A stretch of DNA of 64,000 bases from Candidatus Stercoripulliclostridium merdipullorum (GTDB lineage Bacteria > Bacillota > Clostridia > Christensenellales > DTU072): positions 1,116-65,115 of the forward strand of contig DVOH01000024.1 in the NCBI GenBank assembly GCA_018713745.1, in the 5' to 3' direction. This document shows, in pieces, positions 40,953-49,341 of this stretch (its first letter is position 1; each line of letters opens with the position of its first letter). The notes beneath the pieces were generated by a model. It was given only the letters and a program-made list of their open reading frames with translations, had not been told where the DNA came from and did not search any database. A program made the translations under genes and the position numbers.

Positions 40953-41735
40953 ATGTTTATTTATCCCAAATTTGACCGAAGCGGCAAAAAGGTTGTAACG
41001 CGTACTTACGGCAAGACGGCGTCGATGCTGCAAAATATTACCGTTTACAAAATGAAGCCGGGCGATCGTCTCGAACTGACCGAACCCGGAATGGAAAGCG
41101 CCTATCTCCTGATGGAAGGCGAGATAACCTTTTATTGGGACGACCGCTCGTTCCGTGCCGCCCGTACGGGCGTCTTTGACGATCTGCCCGTCTGTCTGCA
41201 CACGCCGCAGGGCGTTGTCGTCGCAATCGAAGCACACGCGCTGACCGAACTGCTTGTCCAGTCCACGCCCAACGAGCGGGATTTTGCCTGTCGTCTGTTT
41301 GACAAGACCGACGTGACCAAGTTTGTCAGCTGCGAAGGCCGCTGGGAAAATACAGCCGTCCGTGACGTCGTAGACATTATCAACATCAAAAATTCGCCGT
41401 ATTCCAATATGGTACTCGGCGAAGTTTACGCCCGTCAGGGCAGGTGGTGGAGTTATATTCCGCACAATCATCCCCAACCCGAAGTGTATTACTACAAAAT
41501 GCACCGCCCCGAAGGCTTCGGCGCCTGCTTCATCGGGGACAAGGCGTATACCGTCAAGGACGGTTCGGCGGGGCTGTTTGACGGAGGCTATACGCACGTT
41601 CAGGTCACGGCTCCGGGATATCCGATGTACTGCGCCTGGATGATCCGTCACCTGGACGGCGATCCTTGGGACAATACCAGAACGGACGATCCGGCGTTTA
41701 TATGGCTACTGGATCTTCCCGTCGAAACCAAATAA
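40953..41735 (+). CDS. iolB: 5-deoxy-glucuronate isomerase
   Basis: Cupin-like with WWSYIPHNHPQPEVYYY, GFG, H..V.APGY.MY; located in the iol cluster. Confidence 0.85.
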   Translation: MFIYPKFDRSGKKVVTRTYGKTASMLQNITVYKMKPGDRLELTEPGMESAYLLMEGEITFYWDDRSFRAARTGVFDDLPVCLHTPQGVVVAIEAHALTELLVQSTPNERDFACRLFDKTDVTKFVSCEGRWENTAVRDVVDIINIKNSPYSNMVLGEVYARQGRWWSYIPHNHPQPEVYYYKMHRPEGFGACFIGDKAYTVKDGSAGLFDGGYTHVQVTAPGYPMYCAWMIRHLDGDPWDNTRTDDPAFIWLLDLPVETK

Positions 41736-41746
41736 CAGGAGGCAAT

Positions 41747-43642
41747 ATGAAGCGCATCAAAATGACGGTCGGGGAAGCGGTCGTAAAATTTCTCGATCGG
41801 CAATACGTCCGTTTAGACGGAAGAGAAGAAAAGTTTGTCGAAGGCGTTTTTACGGTGTTCGGGCACGGATGCGTGCTGGGCATGGGAGAAGCGCTTGCCA
41901 TGACGAGCCACGGGCTGAAAGTTTATCAGGGCAAAAACGAGCAGGGGATGGCGCACGCCGCCATTGCCTATGCCAAACAGAACAATCGCCGAAAAATCAT
42001 GCCGTGTATCTCGAGCATCGGTCCGGGTGCCGCCAATATGATTACGGCGGCGGCTACGGCAACGGTCAACAACATCCCGCTCCTGCTTCTGCCGGGGGAT
42101 ACGTTTGCCACCAGAAGGCCCGATCCCGTCTTGCAACAGCTTGAGCAACCCCACGATCTGACGATATCGACCAATGACGCATACAAAGCGGTGACGCGGT
42201 ATTTCGATCGCGTCAGTCGCCCCGAAATGTTGGAAAGCGCGTTGCTCAACGCCATGCGCGTCCTGACCGATCCCGCGATGACGGGCGCGGTCTGTATTGC
42301 AATGCCGCAGGACGTGCAGGGCGAAGCCTATGCCTTCCCCGCGTCGTTGTTTGAAAAGCGCGTGCATACGATTTCGCGTCCCTGTGCGGGGATCGAAGAG
42401 ATGATCGAAGTTGCCAACGCCGTCCGTACCGCCAAGAAGCCCGTTTTCATTGTCGGGGGCGGCGCGCGCTACAGCGAGGCGGGCGAAGTGATCGAGCGCA
42501 TTGCCGAAACGGCGGGGATCGCGATTGTCGAAACGCAAGCGGGCAAAAGTACCGTCAGAGGGTCGCATCCTTATAATCTCGGCGGATTGGGCGTGACGGG
42601 GAACGCGGCGGCAAACGCCATCCTCAAAAAAGCCGATCTCGTCCTTGCACTCGGGACGCGCTTTAGCGACTTTACGACGGCGTCCAAGACCTTGTATGCC
42701 GACAAGCCCGTTGTGACGATCAACGCTTCCCGCTTCCATGCCGAAAAACTTTCGGCAACGGCGGTTGTCGGCGACGTCAAGGCTTGTCTTGAGTTGCTGG
42801 AGTCGATGCTGGTCGGATACAAGAGCCGCTTTGTCAAGGAAATCCGCGCGGCAAAAGAAGCGTGGGACAAAGAAATGCAACGCTTGACCTCGATCGAATA
42901 CACCGAAGACCTGGTTCCCGAAGTCAAGAATATGGTTGCCACAACGCTCAAAGACTTCAATCGCGCCACAGGCGCCGCCTTGTGTCAGACGACGGCAATC
43001 GGGATTGTCCGAGAAGAGATTGCTAAGGACGCGATCGTCGTTGCCGCGTCGGGGAGTCTGCCGGGATGCATGCAACGGATGTGGACGACGGACGCCCTTT
43101 ATTCGTACAATATGGAATACGGCTACTCCTGCATGGGGTACGAAATCGCGGGAGCCTTCGGCTCCAAACTCGCATCGCCCGCGCAAGAAGTTTATGCGAT
43201 GGTCGGGGACGGCAGCTTCCTGATGCTGCACAGCGAAATGGTCACCGCCCGACAAGAAGGCAAGAAGATCGTCGTATTGTTGTTTGACAACGGCGGATTC
43301 GGATGCATCAACAATCTGCAGATGGGCAAAGGAATCGACAGTCTTGCGACCGAACTCCGTTACGGCGCCGAAGCGGGGACGGACTTTGTCGCAATCGACT
43401 ACGCCAAAGTCGCCGAGGGATACGGCTACAGAGGGCTTACCGCCCGTACGCCCGAAGAACTGCGTGCCGCGCTGAAAGAAGCGCGTGCGGCGGAAGGCGG
43501 TGTTTTGATCGACATCAAAGTTCTGCCCAAGACGATGACGGACGGATACGAAGGGGGATTCTGGCAGGTCGGGATCAACCGCATGCCCCGCAATGCAAAG
43601 CAACAGTCCGCTCTTGACGAGCAGATCAGATATACCAAATAA
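41747..43642 (+). CDS. iolD: 3D-(3,5/4)-trihydroxycyclohexane-1,2-dione acylhydrolase
   Basis: FGHG, KNEQGMAHAA, SIGPGAAN, DPVLQQLE, EYGYSCMGYE, GDGSF motifs. Confidence 0.96.
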   Translation: MKRIKMTVGEAVVKFLDRQYVRLDGREEKFVEGVFTVFGHGCVLGMGEALAMTSHGLKVYQGKNEQGMAHAAIAYAKQNNRRKIMPCISSIGPGAANMITAAATATVNNIPLLLLPGDTFATRRPDPVLQQLEQPHDLTISTNDAYKAVTRYFDRVSRPEMLESALLNAMRVLTDPAMTGAVCIAMPQDVQGEAYAFPASLFEKRVHTISRPCAGIEEMIEVANAVRTAKKPVFIVGGGARYSEAGEVIERIAETAGIAIVETQAGKSTVRGSHPYNLGGLGVTGNAAANAILKKADLVLALGTRFSDFTTASKTLYADKPVVTINASRFHAEKLSATAVVGDVKACLELLESMLVGYKSRFVKEIRAAKEAWDKEMQRLTSIEYTEDLVPEVKNMVATTLKDFNRATGAALCQTTAIGIVREEIAKDAIVVAASGSLPGCMQRMWTTDALYSYNMEYGYSCMGYEIAGAFGSKLASPAQEVYAMVGDGSFLMLHSEMVTARQEGKKIVVLLFDNGGFGCINNLQMGKGIDSLATELRYGAEAGTDFVAIDYAKVAEGYGYRGLTARTPEELRAALKEARAAEGGVLIDIKVLPKTMTDGYEGGFWQVGINRMPRNAKQQSALDEQIRYTK

Positions 43643-43656
43643 AGGAGAAAACGCAA

Positions 43657-44553
43657 GTGGACAAAAAGAAAGTCAAACTGGGCATCGCGCCGATCGCTTG
43701 GACCAACGACGATATGCCCGATCTCGGCGCCGAAAACACGTTTGAGCAATGCGTCAGCGAAATGGCGCTTGCAGGCTACAAAGGATCGGAAATCGGCAAT
43801 AAGTACCCGACCAAAATCAACACGTTGCGGCGCGCACTCAATCTCAGGAAGCTGCGCATCGCAAACGCATGGTTTTCGACCTATCTTCTGACCAAGCCCT
43901 TTTATGAAGTAGAGACCGAAATTCACAAAAAACTGAAGTTTCTCAAAGCGATGGGGGCAAAGGTAATCGGAGTCAGCGAGCAAAGCTACAGCATTCAGGG
44001 GCAACCCGAAACGGCGGTGTTCGACAACAAGTACGTCATGAACGATGAAGAATGGGCGTTGTTTGCCGACGGGCTGAACCGCCTCGGCGAAATCGCTCTG
44101 GAGCGCTACGGCATTACGCTTACTTATCATCATCATATGGGTACGGTGGTGCAGACCGAAGCCGAGATCGGCAAGATGATGGAGATGACCGATCCCCGAT
44201 TTGTATCGCTGTTGTTTGACAGCGGGCATCTTGCCTATTGCGGGGAGGACTATATGCGGGTCCTGCGCAAATACGTCGGTCGCATCCGCCACGTTCATCT
44301 GAAGGACATCCGACCCGAAGTCGTGCAGAAGGTCAAGGCGGAAGGGCTGAGCTTTTTGCAGGGCGTCCGTCTCGGAACGTTTACGGTCCCCGGGGACGGC
44401 GCGATCGACTTTCAGCCCATTATCGACGTTCTGGATCAAGCCGGCTACGAAGGCTGGATGATCGTAGAAGCGGAGCAGGATCCCGCGCTTGCCAATCCCT
44501 TGGAATACGCGATCAAAGCGCGCAAATACATCAAAAGCATTGCAAAAATCTAA
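43657..44553 (+). CDS. iolE: Myo-inosose-2 dehydratase
   Basis: GIAPIAWTNDDMP, YHHHMGT, HVHLKD, EAEQDP motifs. Confidence 0.97.
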   Translation: MDKKKVKLGIAPIAWTNDDMPDLGAENTFEQCVSEMALAGYKGSEIGNKYPTKINTLRRALNLRKLRIANAWFSTYLLTKPFYEVETEIHKKLKFLKAMGAKVIGVSEQSYSIQGQPETAVFDNKYVMNDEEWALFADGLNRLGEIALERYGITLTYHHHMGTVVQTEAEIGKMMEMTDPRFVSLLFDSGHLAYCGEDYMRVLRKYVGRIRHVHLKDIRPEVVQKVKAEGLSFLQGVRLGTFTVPGDGAIDFQPIIDVLDQAGYEGWMIVEAEQDPALANPLEYAIKARKYIKSIAKI

Positions 44554-44572
44554 TATCGGAAGGTAAACAATT

Positions 44573-45583
44573 ATGATTCAGATCGGAATTATCGGAGCAG
44601 GTCGGATCGGCAAAGTGCATGCCGAGTCGATCACGCGGTTTGTCAAAGGGGCGGAAGTCAAAGCGATCGCCGACCCCTATCTCACCGAAGAAACCAAAGC
44701 ATGGGCAAACGCGATGGGCATTGCCGAGGCGTACGGCGACTACCACAAAATTCTTGCCGATCCCGCCATCGACATCGTGTTGATTTGTTCGTCAACCGAT
44801 ACGCACTCGCAGATTTCGCTCGAAGCGATTGCCGCCGGCAAACACGTTTTCTGCGAAAAGCCCATCGACCACGACGTCGAAAAAATCAAAGCGGTCATTG
44901 CCGCGCTCAAGGACTCCAAAGTCAAGTATCAGGTCGGGTTTAACCGCCGCTTCGACCATAACTTTATGGCGGCGCGCGAAGCCGTCAAAAGCGGTAAAAT
45001 CGGCGACCTGAATATCCTGAAAATCACGTCGCGCGATCCCGGTGCGCCGCCCGTATCGTACATCAAAGTGTCGGGCGGGATTTTCCTCGATATGACCATC
45101 CACGACTTCGATATGGTGCGGTTTATGTCGGGGGCGGAAGTCGAAGAAGTCTACGCGATCGGCGGCGTTCTGGTCGATCCCGCAATCGGAGAAGCGGGTG
45201 ATATCGACACCGCGATCATCACGATGAAGCTGTCCAACGGCGCGCTTGCCGTCATTGACAACTGCCGCCGCGCCACCTACGGTTACGACCAGCGCGTCGA
45301 AGCGTTCGGAAGCCTCGGACAGGTCGCCATCGGCAACGATACCGATTCGACCGCCGTGATCAGCAACGGAGAGGGCGTGACCGCCGAAAAGCCCAAGCTG
45401 TTCTTCCTCGAGCGCTATATGCAGGCATATGTTGCCGAAGTCAGCGCGTTCATTGACGCCGTCGTCAACGACAAGGAGGTCGCCGTAAGCGCCGAGGACG
45501 GTCTGAAACCCGTGTTGATCGGGCTTGCCGCCAAGAAGTCGCTTGCCGAAAACCGTCCCGTCAAAATCAGCGAAATCGGCTGA
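44573..45583 (+). CDS. iolG: Inositol 2-dehydrogenase
   Basis: IGAGRIG, CEKP, GFNRRFD, DMTIHDFD, YGYDQR motifs. Confidence 0.95.
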   Translation: MIQIGIIGAGRIGKVHAESITRFVKGAEVKAIADPYLTEETKAWANAMGIAEAYGDYHKILADPAIDIVLICSSTDTHSQISLEAIAAGKHVFCEKPIDHDVEKIKAVIAALKDSKVKYQVGFNRRFDHNFMAAREAVKSGKIGDLNILKITSRDPGAPPVSYIKVSGGIFLDMTIHDFDMVRFMSGAEVEEVYAIGGVLVDPAIGEAGDIDTAIITMKLSNGALAVIDNCRRATYGYDQRVEAFGSLGQVAIGNDTDSTAVISNGEGVTAEKPKLFFLERYMQAYVAEVSAFIDAVVNDKEVAVSAEDGLKPVLIGLAAKKSLAENRPVKISEIG

Positions 45584-45619
45584 GCTCCGATCGAACGGGA
45601 GTAAAGATATCCGATTGCA

Positions 45620-45653
45620 ACAAAAACCGATCCTTTGCGGGATCGGTTTTTGT
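45620..45653. terminator. Bidirectional terminator after iolG
   Basis: acaaaaaccgatcc-tttgcg-ggatcggtttttgt. Confidence 0.85.
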
Positions 45654-45667
45654 GTGGTTCCGAAATG

Positions 45668-46042
45668 TTATTGTTGGAAGGGGAGTGCGTCGAGAAGGGG
45701 TTGCAGCAACGCCTGAAAATCGACATGGAAGACGAAAATCGCGAGGGCGACGCCGGCTGCCGCCAGGATCAGTTCGATCAGAATCAAAATCAGCAGGGCG
45801 CGGGCATACGACTTTTTGGAGGGGTTGGTCTTTCCGGAAAATGCCCAGACAAACAGGCAGATCAGATTGACCAGCGGGATGATCAGTAATATAAACGTAC
45901 CGATCCATGCCCCCGTTTTCATGGGAGGCTGTGCGGATTCTGACGCGCGATAGGGGGCGCCGGATTGAGGCATCGGACGGGGACGCCCGGGCGCGGGGCC
46001 GTATTGAGTGGGATAATAAGGGTCACGGTAATACGGTTGCAT
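45668..46042 (-). CDS. Small membrane protein with a Pro/Tyr/Gln-rich N-terminus
   Basis: SD AAGGAG. W....IL.IIP.VNLI.LFVWAF....N..K..YARA pattern; two TM segments. Confidence 0.8.
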   Translation of the reverse strand: MQPYYRDPYYPTQYGPAPGRPRPMPQSGAPYRASESAQPPMKTGAWIGTFILLIIPLVNLICLFVWAFSGKTNPSKKSYARALLILILIELILAAAGVALAIFVFHVDFQALLQPLLDALPFQQ

Positions 46043-46255
46043 AGCTTCTTCTCCTTGGACGGGCGGCGGATTTTGCCGCAATGATACCGATATTATAGCA
46101 CAAAGCCGCAAGGATTTCAAGGGGAAAAACCGAAATTGTCTTTCCTCCGAAGCCGAGCGGAGGCGATTCCGAGATCGATTAAATGGGATTCCGAAAATCG
46201 AGAAACAGCACCCTAAACTTATATATTTGCGATTTATGCCTGTCGTTTCGGCGCA

Positions 46256-46290
46256 CAAAAAAACCACGCCTTCGGAGCGTGGTTTTTTTG
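46256..46290. terminator. Terminator downstream of the YdbC-family gene
   Basis: caaaaaaaccacgc-cttcgga-gcgtggtttttttg. Confidence 0.82.
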
Positions 46291-46302
46291 AGTTTGACGT
46301 TG

Positions 46303-46524
46303 TTACAGCTCGATGGAGTTGAGCAGTTCTTTCAGCTTGACGGCTTCCTCTTTGCTGAGGGTGACGCCTTTGCCCATGCGGTCGTGGTTGGGCGACCATT
46401 CGCGCAGGTCGAGACGAGCTTCTCTTTCGTTCCAGCTGACATAATTGAGTTCTTTGGTCCAGCCTCTGTTGGACTCGCTCAGGACACCGACTTTTTGGGT
46501 GATTTCGTATTTCAGTTCGGGCAT
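46303..46524 (-). CDS. YdbC/PC4-family single-stranded nucleic-acid-binding protein
   Basis: GWTKELNYVSWN....LDLREW......MGKGVTL pattern; SD AGGAGG. Confidence 0.92.
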   Translation of the reverse strand: MPELKYEITQKVGVLSESNRGWTKELNYVSWNEREARLDLREWSPNHDRMGKGVTLSKEEAVKLKELLNSIEL

Positions 46525-46701
46525 TTTCTCCTCCTGTCGGTTTTCCGGTGGGAAAACCCTAAATATATATTTATCTATAATATAATATATAAAAAATTAT
46601 ATTTCAAGTAAAATATACTATATTTACTATAATTTTATTATGTGGGCGCGCAAGCGCATTTTTACGAAAGTTTAATTCTCACTTCGGCGATAAAACGCGC
46701 A

Positions 46702-47643
46702 TTATTGTCGGGGTTTGTCGCGGAGACGGAGATCGGGTCCGTTCAACGCAATCCATTTTGCGGCGGCGCGGTCGAATAAACGCGAAAAAATACGGTCGCC
46801 GTACCGGCTCAATACGCCCGATTCGTCAAGATTGGTCGTGATCATCGTCAGTTTTCCCGCACGGACGGCGATCAGTTCGTATAAATAGGGAAGGCTCACG
46901 TTGTTGTATTCCGTTTCGGTGCCGAGATCGTCGATTACAAGCAGGTCGCACTCTTCCAAAGGCATCAGAATCTCACGTTTCCGTTCGATCGGCGCAAGAT
47001 GACTGCTTAAAAACAGGCGATTCATCATCGAGGCGGGATAAATCAGCGCGGTATGTCCTTTGTCCATCACCATGTTGGCAAATACCGTCGCGGCATAGCT
47101 TTTCCCCGATCCGACGGGACCGCTGATGCCGAAAATCGACGTTTTTTGGGCGGGAAATTTGCTCGCAAGCGCCTTGAGGAGATTGTATGCGTTGCGGTAT
47201 GCGTCGCGATCGCCTTCGGGCAATGCGTCGAGATCGCCTTTCGTAAACGTTTTTTTGTCCGTTACGCGGTCGGGACAGTCTTCCGAGAGCAACTCGAACA
47301 TCTTGCGGCGGATACACTCGCACAATGTGCCGTCTTTCATGCCGCGATCGCCGCATACGGGGCAGTCGGGGCGGTAAAGAAGGTCCGCTTCGGTCTTTCC
47401 GTGCGCGGCAAGCGCAAGGCGAAAATCCACAATGGCCTTGTCGATTTCATCTTGAAGTTGCCCGATCGGCTTGTTTTGGGATCTCAAACGTGCCGCTTGA
47501 AAAGTAAGCTGCAATTTTTTGCCTTCTGCCGCCGCAAATGCGGGGTCTTTGCGGAGATCGGCAAGCAGCGTTTCGATTTCCAGTTCTTTGCGGCGTTTTT
47601 CGGCTTGCAAAAGGGCAAATGCCGTTTGTTCGACGTTTTTCAT
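46702..47643 (-). CDS. DnaC/DnaI-like AAA+ helicase loader
   Basis: CPVC...CEC zinc site, Walker A GPVGSGKS, Walker B LLVIDDLG, ITTNL, RIFSRL. Confidence 0.88.
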   Translation of the reverse strand: MKNVEQTAFALLQAEKRRKELEIETLLADLRKDPAFAAAEGKKLQLTFQAARLRSQNKPIGQLQDEIDKAIVDFRLALAAHGKTEADLLYRPDCPVCGDRGMKDGTLCECIRRKMFELLSEDCPDRVTDKKTFTKGDLDALPEGDRDAYRNAYNLLKALASKFPAQKTSIFGISGPVGSGKSYAATVFANMVMDKGHTALIYPASMMNRLFLSSHLAPIERKREILMPLEECDLLVIDDLGTETEYNNVSLPYLYELIAVRAGKLTMITTNLDESGVLSRYGDRIFSRLFDRAAAKWIALNGPDLRLRDKPRQ

Positions 47644-49115
47644 TACAGATCCTCCGTATCGATCGTTGCGCTGATGTCGGTGAAGACCGATCCCAATTCT
47701 TCCTTGCTGTAAGTGCGTTGCGGATAGGGCGTTTCTTTGGGTTTTTTGGCGCGACGATCGGGGATAAGCGATTCTTCGCTTTCATTCAGGCGTTTTGCAA
47801 TGGCTTCGGCGTCCAAAACACCTTCCGCTTTCATTCGGGATAAAACGCGGTTGATGTTTGCCATCGGGAAGGGCTTGCCGGCACAATATTTTGCCGCGGC
47901 ACCGATCGCTTCGTCGTCAAAACCCCATTCCTCGACAAACGTGCGGTAGTACTCCCGGTCGGCGCGTCCGACAACGGGCAAGCCGCCCGCAAGTTCGAGG
48001 ATGGCGCGGATGCTGTCGTCCGTCCGTACCGAAGCCGCAACATAGTCCCTGACGCTTGCCGCGGTCAGATAACCGAGTTTGTAAAATTTGCCGACCAAAG
48101 CGTCCATTGCTTCGAGGGTGCGGAGATTGCGGACAAAGCAGAATTCGGCAAGGGCGCGCAAGGCGTCCTCTTCAAATCCCTTGCCCAGCCATGGATTGAG
48201 GTATACCTCGATCACCGCGTCGAGATCGGCATAGTAGGCTCCGATCTTTTTGACCAGCTCGGATGCCAGTTTTTTCAGCGATTCGCGTTGCTTCAGATAG
48301 GCATCCACTTCGGTCGCGCTGTGGGCGCCGGCATTGTGCAACTCTTCGATCAGAGCGGTCAGCCGGGTCATGCCGCCTTTCCGCTTGCAGGCGCGCGCCG
48401 CCACCAGCAAGGCGTCGAGGTCGTAGCGGTACTCCTTGCTCCACTTGAGGTATGCCTGGCGGTCTTCGAGTCCCGCTTCGGATTTCAGCCCCAATGCCGC
48501 AAATATTTGGCGGATGTCGGCGCCGTTGTTTTCGATTTCGGCGATTCGCTGCAGGACGTCGGGCTCCTTGGTCAGACCTTCTTTTGCCCAACGTTCGGCA
48601 ACCGCCAAAATGTAGGGCGTCGAAGCGACCGCCTTCATGTCGATGCAATATTTGGCGATCAGGAGCATGGCGTTGATGTCGATTTTGTAGCGCTCCAGCA
48701 TTTCGCAGTAACTCAGCAATTCGTTTTCGGACAGTACCCGTTCGGGGAACAGTCGCACCAGATCTTCGGTAAAGTCGGCATATTTCGACGCGTTCAGGCG
48801 GATCACCTTGGTCGCGGGGGCTTTGGGCGAGCGGTATACGACTTCGACCGGGTTGGTTTTGGTGATCGTCACCAGCCCTTCCTCGTGCCAGTATCGGAAT
48901 GCCGTCATGACGCGTTCTTCACTCAGTTTCAGCGCCATCGCGATCGCTTCGATTCCGTTGCGTTCTTCGTCACCCGCCGTCGCATAATACAGTCCGTACA
49001 GATATACCTTGACGTCCGTTCCGTCCGCCGCAGGCAGATAGTTTTTGAGAAAAACGTTGTCCACCGACAAAAATCCGTCCTTCAGGTACTCTTTCCCCAG
49101 TCTGCACAAACCCAT
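47643..49115 (-). CDS. DnaD domain replication protein
   Basis: VDNVF...YLP.A.G..VKVYLYGL N-terminus; repeated Y...V...W.. DnaD motifs; coupled to the DnaC-like gene. Confidence 0.85.
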   Translation of the reverse strand: MGLCRLGKEYLKDGFLSVDNVFLKNYLPAADGTDVKVYLYGLYYATAGDEERNGIEAIAMALKLSEERVMTAFRYWHEEGLVTITKTNPVEVVYRSPKAPATKVIRLNASKYADFTEDLVRLFPERVLSENELLSYCEMLERYKIDINAMLLIAKYCIDMKAVASTPYILAVAERWAKEGLTKEPDVLQRIAEIENNGADIRQIFAALGLKSEAGLEDRQAYLKWSKEYRYDLDALLVAARACKRKGGMTRLTALIEELHNAGAHSATEVDAYLKQRESLKKLASELVKKIGAYYADLDAVIEVYLNPWLGKGFEEDALRALAEFCFVRNLRTLEAMDALVGKFYKLGYLTAASVRDYVAASVRTDDSIRAILELAGGLPVVGRADREYYRTFVEEWGFDDEAIGAAAKYCAGKPFPMANINRVLSRMKAEGVLDAEAIAKRLNESEESLIPDRRAKKPKETPYPQRTYSKEELGSVFTDISATIDTEDL

Positions 49116-49161
49116 TTCCGTTCCTCGCTTCTGTTATTTATATATTTTTGCGTTTGACCTA

Positions 49162-49190
49162 TTGCAAATTAAAGTGTTCGGTTGTATAAT
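49162..49190 (+). promoter_or_regulatory. Putative sigmaA promoter for the SbcC-like gene
   Basis: TTGCAA-17-TATAAT. Confidence 0.6.
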
Positions 49191-49341
49191 AGTTAAAACA
49201 TTGTTCGCTTTGGGATTGACCGCTCATATACTATAGCACAATCTGCGGCGCTATGCTACTGAATTTGCCGTTTTTTTGCGGCATACTACATATAGCGGCG
49301 CCGTTCGGCACGGCACACAATTTACTTCACGGAGGAGATCT

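Noticed and set aside
46165-46201. Imperfect direct repeat gattccgagatcga / gattccgaaaatcga
   Set aside because: Only two short imperfect copies; no evidence for CRISPR, iterons or a specific regulator.
46560-46642. Chromosomal replication origin
   Set aside because: No DnaA boxes (TTATCCACA) were seen and dnaA/dnaN are not nearby.
49168-49206. LexA (GAAC-N4-GTTC) boxes upstream of the SbcC-like gene
   Set aside because: Only GTTC half-sites are present; the left halves do not match with the correct spacing.
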